Of a stretch of 64,000 bases of DNA, positions 46,186 to 55,432 are shown in pieces. The stretch is taken from positions 78,651-142,650 of the forward strand of contig CAZLLO010000001.1 in the NCBI GenBank assembly GCA_964560525.1. The letters are read 5' to 3'. Position numbers and translations under genes: made by a program. Numbering within the stretch: position 1 is the stretch's first letter; each line of letters starts with the position of its first letter. This DNA is from an uncultured Candidatus Saccharibacteria bacterium (GTDB lineage: Bacteria > Patescibacteriota > Dojkabacteria > SC72). The notes under the pieces are model-generated. The model was not told the DNA's origin and did not search any database. It saw only the letters and a list, made by a program, of their open reading frames with translations.

Positions 46186-47709
46186 CTATCTTGCAACCTC
46201 TACCGCTCTAGTTTCTCTAATTACTGTCACTTCAACGTTGCCTGGATAGCTTTGAGTTTTCTCAATTGCCTCAGCAATTTGTTTTGCCATAACCTTAGCT
46301 TCATCATCTGAAACCATGATTGGTTTAACAATTACTCTCAGCTCTCTACCCGCTCTAATAGCAAATACATCATCGATCTTATCCCCTGCAACATCTTTTG
46401 CAGCATTCTCGATACCTTCTATTCTCTGTATATACTGCTCGTAGCTATCTTTTCTTGCGCCTGGTCTTGCACCAGAGATTGCATCGGCAAGATAAACGAT
46501 AACTGCTTCTACAGATGTAGGTTCAATATCCATATGATGCGCTTCGATAGCATTTACCAGCTTATCGCTCAAAAGATACTTTCTAGCCACTTGCCCTGAA
46601 ATATGATGATGTGGAAGATCTATTTTGTGAGTTAATACTTTTCCAACGTCATGAAGCAATGCAGCTCTTTTAACTAATGTAACATCTGCACCTACTTCAG
46701 CTGCTAATACCTCTGCCAATCTGATAACTTCAATTGTGTGAGACATTAATGATTGACCATAACTAGTTCTGTATTTCATCTTACCTACTAACTTTAAAAG
46801 CCCGATATCAAGATCTGGCCATCCTGCTTCTTCTGCAAGTATCTGTCCATTCTTCTTAATTTCTAATGAAATTTCATTCTTTGCTTTCCTTACACACTCT
46901 TCAATAGCTCCTGGATGAATTCTTCCATCCCCTATGAGCTTTGTCATAGCTACAAAAGCTATCTCTCTTCTCAATGGATCAAATGAAGACAAACCAATAG
47001 ATGTAGGAGATTCATCAACTATGACATCAACTCCTGTAATCTGTTCAAATGCTCGGATATTCCTACCCTCTTTACCGATAATTCTGCCTTTAACTTTCTC
47101 ATCCTCAACCTTAATACTCTTTGTTGTAGTCTCACCAACATAGTCAGTTGCAACTCTCTGCATAGATTCAACAAGAATATGCTGTGCTTTTTCATCTGCG
47201 ACTGCTTCAATATTCTTTTCTGCCTGTCTAATTTTTTGAGCCTCATAGCCTTTAAGATCTTCTTCTATTTCTTTCTTAAATTTCTCAGTAGCCTCTTCTC
47301 TAGAAAGACCTGATATCTTTTCCAATTGTGTTTTAAGTTGAGTCCTTGTTTCTTCAACTCTTTTGAGTGTTTCTTTAAGCTCATTCTCTTTGGATTCTAA
47401 TTCTCCACTCTTGTCATCTAAAATTTTAGATCTCTTGTTTAATGTCTTTTCTCTTTCAATTAAAATTTCTTCGTGTTCAGTATTTTCTCTTCGCATATCT
47501 TTAAGTCTTTTCTCTTCTCTCTCTCTTAGCTCTGCAAGCTCTTCCTCTGCTTCTTCAAACTTCTTACTCATCATTTTCTTCGCTGCAGATTCTATCTCAG
47601 CTTCTGGGATCTTATTAACATTAACCCATTTAAAGACATACTTAACCAATGCTACTGTACCACCTGCACCCGCGATAACGGCAGCAACAATTATTGCTAA
47701 TGTTTCCAT
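46186..47709 (-). CDS. rny: Ribonuclease Y
   Basis: N-terminal TM helix, long coiled coil, KH domain (GKEGRNIRAFEQITGVDVIVD) and HD domain (LLHDVGK). Confidence 0.85.
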   Translation of the reverse strand: METLAIIVAAVIAGAGGTVALVKYVFKWVNVNKIPEAEIESAAKKMMSKKFEEAEEELAELREREEKRLKDMRRENTEHEEILIEREKTLNKRSKILDDKSGELESKENELKETLKRVEETRTQLKTQLEKISGLSREEATEKFKKEIEEDLKGYEAQKIRQAEKNIEAVADEKAQHILVESMQRVATDYVGETTTKSIKVEDEKVKGRIIGKEGRNIRAFEQITGVDVIVDESPTSIGLSSFDPLRREIAFVAMTKLIGDGRIHPGAIEECVRKAKNEISLEIKKNGQILAEEAGWPDLDIGLLKLVGKMKYRTSYGQSLMSHTIEVIRLAEVLAAEVGADVTLVKRAALLHDVGKVLTHKIDLPHHHISGQVARKYLLSDKLVNAIEAHHMDIEPTSVEAVIVYLADAISGARPGARKDSYEQYIQRIEGIENAAKDVAGDKIDDVFAIRAGRELRVIVKPIMVSDDEAKVMAKQIAEAIEKTQSYPGNVEVTVIRETRAVEVAR

Positions 47710-47999
47710 TATGCTTCAAATTAAAATTTAATATGTCCCCTTAAACGCTTTTGTGAAAAGACACAGCCGAAATGCTGCGTTTTAATGAATTATTCTCTTT
47801 AATTTTATTAGAAATCGATTTCATAAAATTAATAATCATTACAAATACATTCAATAGTATAAAAGTGTTTAATCATAGGACTTTTAATCATATCATTTTT
47901 AGGGGAATTCCTCAATGAAGAGAGTTACCCAATAACCTATCTCTTTCTATTTATTAAATATATAATAATGTGTTTAACATATTATGATAGCCAGAGTTA

Positions 48000-48581
48000 A
48001 TGAGTAGAAAAATACTTTTTTCAGTACCGTCCCCAGAGATTAAAGAAAAGATAAAAGCATATCTTTTTCCCGCTACACAACAGAGAAATGTTCTAGCTTA
48101 CATGTCATCTGATGGGTCAGATGAATCTTCTAAAAAATATGTCGACGAGTGGAAACAATATGCAGAAGCAAATAATTCAGACTTTGTTGAGATTAATAAC
48201 TCCCTTCGTGGAAAACTTGCCGAAGAAGAAAGGTTGAAACTTACAAAAGCAAATATATTAATGATTACAGGAGGGAACACTTTTAAATTACTGAAGCATC
48301 TTCGTGAATCTGAACTTGATAAAGCAGTAGAGGAATTTGCACAAAAGGAAGAAAATGTTCTAGCGGGATTTAGTGCTGGAGCAATCGTACTATCCCCCTC
48401 TATTAAAACTGCTACTCAAGATGATAATAATGAGATACATTTAGTGGATTTTACAGGTCTAAATATTGTTCCATTCCTTGTAGTTCCGCATGCGGATACA
48501 AAACAAGAATATGTAAAGGAGTTAGAAAATAATGGAGAACAGGTTTGTGCATTAAACAATGATGAATTTAGAATAGTATAA
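48000..48581 (+). CDS. Peptidase S51 family (dipeptidase E/cyanophycinase-like)
   Basis: ILMITGGNTFKLL block and GFSAGA nucleophile elbow. Confidence 0.55.
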   Translation: MSRKILFSVPSPEIKEKIKAYLFPATQQRNVLAYMSSDGSDESSKKYVDEWKQYAEANNSDFVEINNSLRGKLAEEERLKLTKANILMITGGNTFKLLKHLRESELDKAVEEFAQKEENVLAGFSAGAIVLSPSIKTATQDDNNEIHLVDFTGLNIVPFLVVPHADTKQEYVKELENNGEQVCALNNDEFRIV

Positions 48582-48587
48582 TCACTA

Positions 48588-49112
48588 ATGAGAAATTTGA
48601 ATATTCAGTTTAAACCCGAGCCAAACGAAGAACCTTTCATAACTGCAGCTAATGAATATACAAAAATTTGGAAAGATGATGGAGAAAAAATTGTTCAGAA
48701 ATTTGAAGAGCTCTCTGGCTGTAAATTTCATGAAGAGTATATTAAAGCAATTGTGTATATTGGGATAAGCCGTTCAGGGGTTTTTGGCGATGCAATGCAT
48801 CTAAGAGCAAGATATCCCATTGATACAAAAAAGGCTACCATAATTCATGAGCTTGGACATCGTCTATTCTTTGGATTTGAAGATTATCAAAAAAGTTATG
48901 ATGCAGAACAAATTAATGATTTAATTATTTATGACGTCTGGACAGATCTATATGGCAAAAAGTTTGCAGATGAACAAATTCTTGTAGAAAAAGCTCGAAA
49001 AGGTGTCTATGATTATGAATTCGCTTGGAACTGGGCACTAAGTCTTAGAAGAGATGGAAGAAAAACGTTATTTAATAGAATAAGAGAAGATTTTTTAAAG
49101 AATAAATCCTAG
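48588..49112 (+). CDS. Hypothetical HExxH protein, putative small Zn-metallopeptidase
   Basis: IIHELGHRLFFGFEDY. 174 aa. 6 nt from the upstream gene. Confidence 0.3.
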   Translation: MRNLNIQFKPEPNEEPFITAANEYTKIWKDDGEKIVQKFEELSGCKFHEEYIKAIVYIGISRSGVFGDAMHLRARYPIDTKKATIIHELGHRLFFGFEDYQKSYDAEQINDLIIYDVWTDLYGKKFADEQILVEKARKGVYDYEFAWNWALSLRRDGRKTLFNRIREDFLKNKS

Positions 49113-49115
49113 TAC

Positions 49116-50144
49116 CTATTTATTTAACTCCTCTATCAACCTCTGGTAATACCTCAAATTGTGTATTGTAGCTAAGGTCATACCCGTAGCTTCACCCACC
49201 TTAAGCATTTGATGTACATATGCCCTACTATGATTCTTACAGGTATAACAATCACATTTAGAATCAATCGGTCTTTCATCAGTAGCATAATCCTGATTGG
49301 TAATCCTTAAAACCTCATCTCCAATATCAGAAGAATACAAAGTACCATGTCTAGCATTTCTAGTAACAAGTACAGTATCAAACACTGTATATCCAATCTT
49401 TGCAGCTCTACGAATATCTTCAGGTTTACCTACTCCCATAGCATATTTAAACTTATCCTTTGGAGTATTATCTATAACTGCTTTCATTTCATCAATCACT
49501 AACTCTCCTTCCTTATCTACTACAAACCCTCCAAAGTTATACCCATCAAACCCTATCTTAGTTAATTCTTCCGCACACTTCTTTCTCAAATCAGGGAAAT
49601 TAGCTCCTTGTACTACGCAACTCAAAAGTTTACCTGTCTCTTTAGTCCCACCATATACATTTTCAAAATGATCCTTACATCTTTTCGCCCATTTGATTGT
49701 CCTATCCACTGATTGTTCCGCCTCCTCCCTAGTTAAATCTGTACCTCTACAATCATCTAATGTAACTAAAATATCTGATCCAATTTTAATCTGTATATCA
49801 ATTGAACTTTCAGGAGTTAATTCATACACATCACCAGTCCATAGAGAGTGAAAAGTAGCTCCATTCTCGTGTACCTTACCCTTCCATTTACCAGAATGTA
49901 TTAATGAAAATACTTGAAATCCTCCCGAATCAGTTAAAACAATCCCATCCCAATTCATGAGCTTCTTAATCCCACCTAATTCCTTCATCTTCTCAGGACC
50001 TGGATTCATTAGTAAATGTAAAGTATTCGTAACAAGCGCAGTAGTTCCTGTTTCCTTTAATTGCTCAGTCGTGAGAAATCTAACCGCTCCTCTAGTGGCA
50101 TCAGGCATGAAAACAAATTTTTTACCAAAATCTTGTATATTCAT
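49116..50144 (-). CDS. tgt: Queuine/preQ1 tRNA-guanine transglycosylase
   Basis: LVTNTLHL, VLTDSGGFQVFSL and the Zn site CDCYTCKNHSRAYVHQ. Confidence 0.85.
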   Translation of the reverse strand: MNIQDFGKKFVFMPDATRGAVRFLTTEQLKETGTTALVTNTLHLLMNPGPEKMKELGGIKKLMNWDGIVLTDSGGFQVFSLIHSGKWKGKVHENGATFHSLWTGDVYELTPESSIDIQIKIGSDILVTLDDCRGTDLTREEAEQSVDRTIKWAKRCKDHFENVYGGTKETGKLLSCVVQGANFPDLRKKCAEELTKIGFDGYNFGGFVVDKEGELVIDEMKAVIDNTPKDKFKYAMGVGKPEDIRRAAKIGYTVFDTVLVTRNARHGTLYSSDIGDEVLRITNQDYATDERPIDSKCDCYTCKNHSRAYVHQMLKVGEATGMTLATIHNLRYYQRLIEELNK

Positions 50145-50146
50145 AG

Positions 50147-51172
50147 TTAGATTATTAACATGCTATCACCATAGCTAAGGAATTTATAATCGCGATCCAA
50201 TGCTTCTTGATATGCTTTCTTTATGAATTCTGTTCCTGCAAAAGAAGAAACCAATAATATGAGGCTTGAATCAGGCATATGGAAATTTGTAATCAAATGA
50301 TCCACACACTTCCATGTATATCCAGGATATATATACAACTTAGTCTCTCCCTCGTATTCATGAACAAAACCTTTCTCATCAGCCACACTTTCTAATGTTC
50401 TCGCAACTGTAGTTCCAAATGCCCAAATACTCTTTCCTTTCCGTTTAGCTTCATTAATAGCATCAACCGCTTCTATTGGGACATGAATTTCTTCTTTATG
50501 TATATCATGTTCCTCTATATTTTCCTCCCGAATGGGTGCAAATGTTCCCCACCCAACTTTAAGCTCTACTTTGGCGATTTTAACGCCTTTCTGCTGTATT
50601 TGGGCTAGTATTTCATCTGTTAGGTTTAAACTCGCTGTAGGAGCCGCTACAGAGCCTAAGAGGCGTGCAAATACGGTGTTGTATCTTACATAATCTTCCT
50701 TAGTATCAGGTCTTTTCATATATGGAGGAATTGGGGTATGCCCTATCTTGTCAAAGATCTTTTCTCCTTCTTCAGCAATTGGTTCTACCAAGAATCCCAT
50801 GCCACTTCTCTCACTAATTTTTATCTTGATATTTTCATCTTCCTCACCTCTCAGAATATCCCCAGGTTTTACATATCTTGACCCTTTTATGAGGCAATAC
50901 CATCTTCCATCCCCTATTCTATTTAAGAAAAGTACTTCTAGTCTTCTTTCATTTTCTGTTAAGAAGAATGTTCTTCGCTTCTCAACCTTCGTTTCATTAA
51001 GTACCACCACATCTCCAGGTTGTATGTATTCAGGGATATTGAAATATTTCTTGTGATCTAAACTTCCATTTTTTCTATCTAGAACAAGTAGGTTTGTAGT
51101 ACCTCTTACTTCTGGTGGAAATTTAGCTATCTTCTCCTCTGGTAAATTGTATATGAATTCCGACATTTTCAT
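50147..51172 (-). CDS. queA: S-adenosylmethionine:tRNA ribosyltransferase-isomerase
   Basis: N-terminus FIYNLPEEKIAKFPPEVRGTTNLLVL. C-terminal HMPDSSLILLVSSFAG. Confidence 0.8.
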   Translation of the reverse strand: MKMSEFIYNLPEEKIAKFPPEVRGTTNLLVLDRKNGSLDHKKYFNIPEYIQPGDVVVLNETKVEKRRTFFLTENERRLEVLFLNRIGDGRWYCLIKGSRYVKPGDILRGEEDENIKIKISERSGMGFLVEPIAEEGEKIFDKIGHTPIPPYMKRPDTKEDYVRYNTVFARLLGSVAAPTASLNLTDEILAQIQQKGVKIAKVELKVGWGTFAPIREENIEEHDIHKEEIHVPIEAVDAINEAKRKGKSIWAFGTTVARTLESVADEKGFVHEYEGETKLYIYPGYTWKCVDHLITNFHMPDSSLILLVSSFAGTEFIKKAYQEALDRDYKFLSYGDSMLII

Positions 51173-51219
51173 GGTTCGTATTATATCAATTTTTCGTGGA
51201 TTAAGTTAAAATTAGGAAT

Positions 51220-52194
51220 ATGAGAGACTTAATGAAGGAACCTGTAAAAATACTATTTCTTGGAACGGGATGGGAATCTGTCGCGACCTTAAAAGCACTT
51301 CTTGAAGACAAAAGATTCGATATTGTAGGAGTTATAACCACACCTGATAAATTGGTTGGAAGAAAACAGATATCTACTCCATCGGAGGTTAAAGAATGTG
51401 CCATAGAAAATGGTATCCCCGTATTTCATACAGACAAGAAGCCAGAGTTGTATCAAAAAGCTTTAGACAAATTTAAACCTGAATTAGTTGTATGTAAGGC
51501 TTTTGGGGAAATTATTCCTAAAGAATTTTTAGAATATCCAAAATACAAATGTATCAATGTTCATTTCTCAATATTACCTAAGTATCGTGGAGCTGTTCCT
51601 ATCCAGAAAGCCATCTTAGATGGTCAAAGGGTTACTGGTATTTCTATTATGCTTATGTCCGAAGGTCTAGATGAAGGAGATGTCTTGGATATCTATGAAG
51701 AAGAAATTAAATCCGATGATACTAATCTTTCATTAAGACAGAGGTTAGTTAAGAAGAGTGCAGAGATTTTGGGTGATGTCTTGGAGAAATGGATTAATGG
51801 TGGGATATCCGCAAGAAAGCAGATTGATGAAGAGGCTACATATTGTTGGCAAAAGGATATTTCAAAGGAGAATGCAGAGACTGATTGGCAGAACAAAACT
51901 CCACAGGAGATAGAAAGAATGGTGCGTGCTTTCATTCCATGGCCCATTGCTTGGACCAAGCTTTCTACAAACTTGAATAAGAATATTGCGGGAAAGATTA
52001 TGAAAATTTTTAGAGCTGAATTAGTAGAAGTTCCTTCAGAAAAAGATCCAGGTGATATTTTCAAGAAGGATAGCATGGTGCTATTTGCTACCCGAGATCC
52101 ACTCGTATGCCTAAGGGTAATGGAATTCCAGATTGAAGGAAGAAACAAAACCAATGAGAGAGAATTTCTAAACGGTATCGGTAGAGATATCTAA
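51220..52194 (+). CDS. fmt: Methionyl-tRNA formyltransferase
   Basis: ILFLGTGWESV; NVHFSILPKYRGAVPIQKAILDG. The true start is probably the Met at 51232. Confidence 0.8.
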   Translation: MRDLMKEPVKILFLGTGWESVATLKALLEDKRFDIVGVITTPDKLVGRKQISTPSEVKECAIENGIPVFHTDKKPELYQKALDKFKPELVVCKAFGEIIPKEFLEYPKYKCINVHFSILPKYRGAVPIQKAILDGQRVTGISIMLMSEGLDEGDVLDIYEEEIKSDDTNLSLRQRLVKKSAEILGDVLEKWINGGISARKQIDEEATYCWQKDISKENAETDWQNKTPQEIERMVRAFIPWPIAWTKLSTNLNKNIAGKIMKIFRAELVEVPSEKDPGDIFKKDSMVLFATRDPLVCLRVMEFQIEGRNKTNEREFLNGIGRDI

Positions 52195-52773
52195 CCAGGG
52201 CAGCCTTAGGGCTACCCTCTGTTCACTATTTATTCATATTTCTAACGTTCTTGGTTTAGTTTCTTGATATACAACCATCTATAGTTATCTGGGTCACCCC
52301 CACCAACCAAATCACTTTCTAATGGGTTATTTCTTACATATTTAATTGTGTTATCCAAATCTACTGCTCCAATAATTCTTCTTACTTGAAAAGGTCCTTG
52401 AAACAAATGCCCAGCCTTTTGATATTTACGATTAAAGTAAGTTACATAAGCAGTCATAAAACAGCCCATTAATTTCGGAATCGTCTTCCAATTCAGCCCA
52501 CATTTAAAAATAAAATGATAATGATTTGGCATATAACAATAAACAATCAACAAAATCTTATATTTTTTTATGTATCTATACATAAGATTTTGAAAAGTTA
52601 TGTAGTCTTTTTCTCTTCGGAAAATCTTTTCTTTATGATTCCCCCTATTGTATATATGATAATAAGAATTGGGTTTGTATATTGTATCGTTTTTGTTTTT
52701 CTTCATTTATAAAGAATAACAAAGACAAATGAACTTTCTCTGAAGTAAGGGCAGTCTTAGGGCAGCCCTGGAA
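52195..52773 (-). mobile_element. RAYT/IS200-like element: a Y1 HUH transposase gene flanked by imperfect inverted REP-like repeats
   Basis: Left repeat at 52195-52221 (CCAGGGCAGCCTTAGGGCTACCCTCTG). Right repeat at 52747-52773 (AAGGGCAGTCTTAGGGCAGCCCTGG). The reverse complement of the right repeat, CCAGGGCTGCCCTAAGACTGCCC, aligns with the left repeat. The left repeat is itself a hairpin. The repeats are GC-rich in an AT-rich genome. Confidence 0.55.
52242..52706 (-). CDS. REP-associated tyrosine transposase (RAYT)/IS200-IS605 TnpA-like HUH protein
   Basis: YHIYNRGNHKEKIF matches the YHV.NRGN....IF block. CYMPNHYHFIF carries the HUH motif. YVRNNPLESDLV matches the Y..NP...LV block with the catalytic Tyr. 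154 aa. Confidence 0.6.
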   Translation of the reverse strand: MKKNKNDTIYKPNSYYHIYNRGNHKEKIFRREKDYITFQNLMYRYIKKYKILLIVYCYMPNHYHFIFKCGLNWKTIPKLMGCFMTAYVTYFNRKYQKAGHLFQGPFQVRRIIGAVDLDNTIKYVRNNPLESDLVGGGDPDNYRWLYIKKLNQER

Positions 52774-52778
52774 TGTGA

Positions 52779-53088
52779 AGTGCGCAAGCACCCAATAAGC
52801 CGAATTCTGTTTATGATGATTATCTATCTAAGCGGTTTTAACCTTGCTCTAGGTGGGGGTTGCCTCGCAATATTGTATTACTACAATACCCGGTGGTCTC
52901 TTACACCACCATTTCACCCTTACCTCTTTCGAGGCGGTATAACTTTCTGTTGCCCTTTTAACCAAAAGATCACTCCCTTCCAGCTCACACTGGCACCTAT
53001 CTCGAAATATTCGAGACCGACATAGAGTCCGGACTTTCCTCTCTCACCAAAATAGCAAGAGCAATCATCTAGGAATACTTGCGCCCTG
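52779..53088 (-). ncRNA. rnpB: RNase P RNA, bacterial type, reduced size (about 307 nt)
   Basis: The minus strand holds GAGGAAAGTCCGGACTC (CR-I/P4 5' strand), AGGTGCCAG, AGGGTGAAATGGTGGTGTAAGAGACCACC (CR-II/III, compare AGGGTGAAAGGGTGCGGTAAGAGCGCACC) and ACAGAATTCGGCTTA (CR-V/P4 3' strand). P1 pairs GGGCGCAAGTA with TGCTTGCGC. The region is GC-rich relative to its surroundings. Confidence 0.8.
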
Positions 53089-53095
53089 TATTATA

Positions 53096-53971
53096 CTATT
53101 TTTTAGCCCTCTTCTGAATGATTATTACAGGAACCACGACTGCAGCTATTACAGGAGAGAATACAACCACATATATAAGACCTGTTCCTAAGAATTTCGC
53201 AAATCCAACCAATGCTCTACCTGCATCCTTTAGGATACCTAATGGTAACCATTCGTTATCTGAAAGCTGAGAACCTGTTGAACTCTGAGATATAACAATT
53301 GAGATGTATGAATAGCTTGTTTGGTTATCTAAATTTTTGATTTGTGCTTGTAATTCCTCGATTTGGGTTCTGGTTGTAGAAAGTTCTCTTTGTACGGCTA
53401 ATATATCTGTTACAGTTTTTGCTTGTTTCAATACGCCACTTAATTGTGTCTCTAAGGTTTGCAAATTCTTTAATCTCGCTTGAAGATCCTCAACTGTCTC
53501 GGTAACATCAGATGTCCCTGTTGAAGAATATGTGAATTCTCCTGGTAATAGCTTTATATCATTGTAGAATTCCTCAAATTTTGATTGCTCAACTTTAATT
53601 GTAATACTAATGTATCTTGCAGATCCTTTTCCTGAATCTTGGGAAGTTGTTGTTTCTGCTTTGTATTCTGATTCTAAGTCTGAAATTGATTTAGTGGTTG
53701 CGTCCATATCATCTGCTGACATAGAGATATATGCTGTCTTAATTACAGATTCACTCCCATTCGAGCTAGGAAGCTTTGCACTATCCATATATACACCGCC
53801 ATAGGACGAGTCTTCTGCAATTTCTGGGCTTAATGATGAGACTGTATTTCCAACAGATTCTGTGGATGTTCTTTGAGCATATGAAATAATCATGTATGCT
53901 ACAAACATTCCTACCATCGTGAAAGGTATAACTAAAGCTAATATCCAATATTTCTTTGTGGATTTTTCCAT
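53096..53971 (-). CDS. Membrane protein with N- and C-terminal TM helices and a central coiled coil (DUF4349-like)
   Basis: Topology plus a coiled-coil segment LQARLKNLQTLETQLS...IEELQAQIKNL. The family name is from memory. Confidence 0.35.
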   Translation of the reverse strand: MEKSTKKYWILALVIPFTMVGMFVAYMIISYAQRTSTESVGNTVSSLSPEIAEDSSYGGVYMDSAKLPSSNGSESVIKTAYISMSADDMDATTKSISDLESEYKAETTTSQDSGKGSARYISITIKVEQSKFEEFYNDIKLLPGEFTYSSTGTSDVTETVEDLQARLKNLQTLETQLSGVLKQAKTVTDILAVQRELSTTRTQIEELQAQIKNLDNQTSYSYISIVISQSSTGSQLSDNEWLPLGILKDAGRALVGFAKFLGTGLIYVVVFSPVIAAVVVPVIIIQKRAKK

Positions 53972-54040
53972 ATATGCGAAGTATTAACTTAGATACAGTT
54001 AAATACTACGATATCCGAAAATTGATAGCAAATAGAAGAC

Positions 54041-54433
54041 CTAACGCTTTGAGAACTGTGGTTTCTTTCTTGCTTTGACGTGATTGTATTTCTTTCTTTC
54101 TACTTCTCTTGGGTCTCTTGTAACAAGATTTTCTTTTCTAAGAGATGGTTTGATAGTTGCATCCATAACACATAATGCTCTAGCCATACCAAGTCTAATA
54201 GCATCTGCTTGCCCTGTAATACCTCCACCATCTACATGAGCGGTGAAGTAATATTTACCCTCAAGACCTGCAACTGTTAATGGCTTGATAACATAGAGTT
54301 CTGCTTTATTCATATTCTTTAAATAATCAACAGCAGCGACACCATTGATGGTAGAAGCTTTATCTCCTTTATATACTCTTACTCTTGCTGTAGATGTTTT
54401 TCTTCTTCCGATACCTTCAAAATACTTCTCCAC
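54041..54433 (-). CDS. rpsI: 30S ribosomal protein S9
   Basis: GRRKTSTARVRV... and C-terminal RKKPQFSKR. Confidence 0.9.
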   Translation of the reverse strand: MEKYFEGIGRRKTSTARVRVYKGDKASTINGVAAVDYLKNMNKAELYVIKPLTVAGLEGKYYFTAHVDGGGITGQADAIRLGMARALCVMDATIKPSLRKENLVTRDPREVERKKYNHVKARKKPQFSKR

Positions 54434-54444
54434 TGTTTATATAT

Positions 54445-54879
54445 TTAAAATTTAATCTCAACAGGTTTCTGACCACTCTGTTTATGCTCAGCACCTTTAT
54501 ATACGAATAATCTAGCCATCCTAGGAGCTCTAAGTTTGTTCTGAGGAAGCATTGTTATTACCGCATCCTGAATAATCTTAGTTGAATCTAGTTTCAACTG
54601 CTCTGCAAATGGTGTGGTTTTTAAGCCTCCAGGAAAACCTGAGTGTCTGTAATATACCTTCTTTAGCTCTTTCTCACGTGTTAATTTGATATCATCGGAA
54701 TTGAGAACAATTACATAATCTCCACAATCAACATTTGGAACATTCTCTACTTTTGATTTACCTATTAATAAGGATGCTATCTTTGTAGCAACTTTTCCTA
54801 GTATCTGGTCTTTAACATCAACTACATACCAATTTCTAGTTACATCTTCTTTTTTTGTCCAAGTTGTCTTGTATTTCAT
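54445..54879 (-). CDS. rplM: 50S ribosomal protein L13
   Basis: TTWTKKEDVTRNWYVVD is the L13 N-terminal signature. Confidence 0.9.
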   Translation of the reverse strand: MKYKTTWTKKEDVTRNWYVVDVKDQILGKVATKIASLLIGKSKVENVPNVDCGDYVIVLNSDDIKLTREKELKKVYYRHSGFPGGLKTTPFAEQLKLDSTKIIQDAVITMLPQNKLRAPRMARLFVYKGAEHKQSGQKPVEIKF

Positions 54880-54896
54880 TCTGATTTACTAATTAA

Positions 54897-55427
54897 TTAA
54901 AGTCCTGATCGAGATTTTGCTCTCTCTGTTTTCTTAATAACGGTAGTCTTACTTACTGCTTTTACACCTCTATCCAAGATATTCTTTACTGGCTTGATTA
55001 CTGGTGTAGGTTTCTCTTCTTTAACTTCCTCTTTCTTTGTAACTTTCTCTGCTTTTGTAGTTACTTTTATTTTCTTCTTTTCTAAACCTATTAGCTCTAC
55101 CTTTGATTTCTCACCATTATCACCTTTTCTGAAGCCAATTTTTATAACTCTAACACCTGCGATTTCTTTTTCCGCGTATTCTACAAATTTCTTCACAAGA
55201 CCATCTTCTTTCAAAACTACGGCTAACTCTCTTCTAAAAGAAAGCTCTCCTTTTTTCTTTTTTCCTTGTGCAATTAATGACTGAGCATTACTTCTCAAAA
55301 CTTTTGCTTTTGGAGATGTTGTAACAACATGTCCATTCTCAAAAAGAGATCTAAGTTGATTAATCATCAAAGCTTTTCTATTTGATGTTTTTCTTCCTAG
55401 TTTTGATTTCTTAACTCCCTTATACAT
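54897..55427 (-). CDS. rplQ: 50S ribosomal protein L17, with a C-terminal extension
   Basis: KLGRKTSNRKALMINQLRSLFENGHVVTT, then about 60 extra K/E-rich residues. Confidence 0.85.
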   Translation of the reverse strand: MYKGVKKSKLGRKTSNRKALMINQLRSLFENGHVVTTSPKAKVLRSNAQSLIAQGKKKKGELSFRRELAVVLKEDGLVKKFVEYAEKEIAGVRVIKIGFRKGDNGEKSKVELIGLEKKKIKVTTKAEKVTKKEEVKEEKPTPVIKPVKNILDRGVKAVSKTTVIKKTERAKSRSGL

Positions 55428-55432
55428 GTTTT

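Noticed and set aside
47363-47731. 122-aa Ser/Leu-rich plus-strand ORF
   Set aside because: It is a low-complexity antisense ORF opposite the Lys/Glu-rich coiled coil of RNase Y. This is a typical shadow ORF.
52780-53025. 81-aa plus-strand ORF from the ORF track
   Set aside because: It lies entirely within the minus-strand RNase P RNA gene. Its GC-rich codon content comes from the structural RNA, not from coding sequence.
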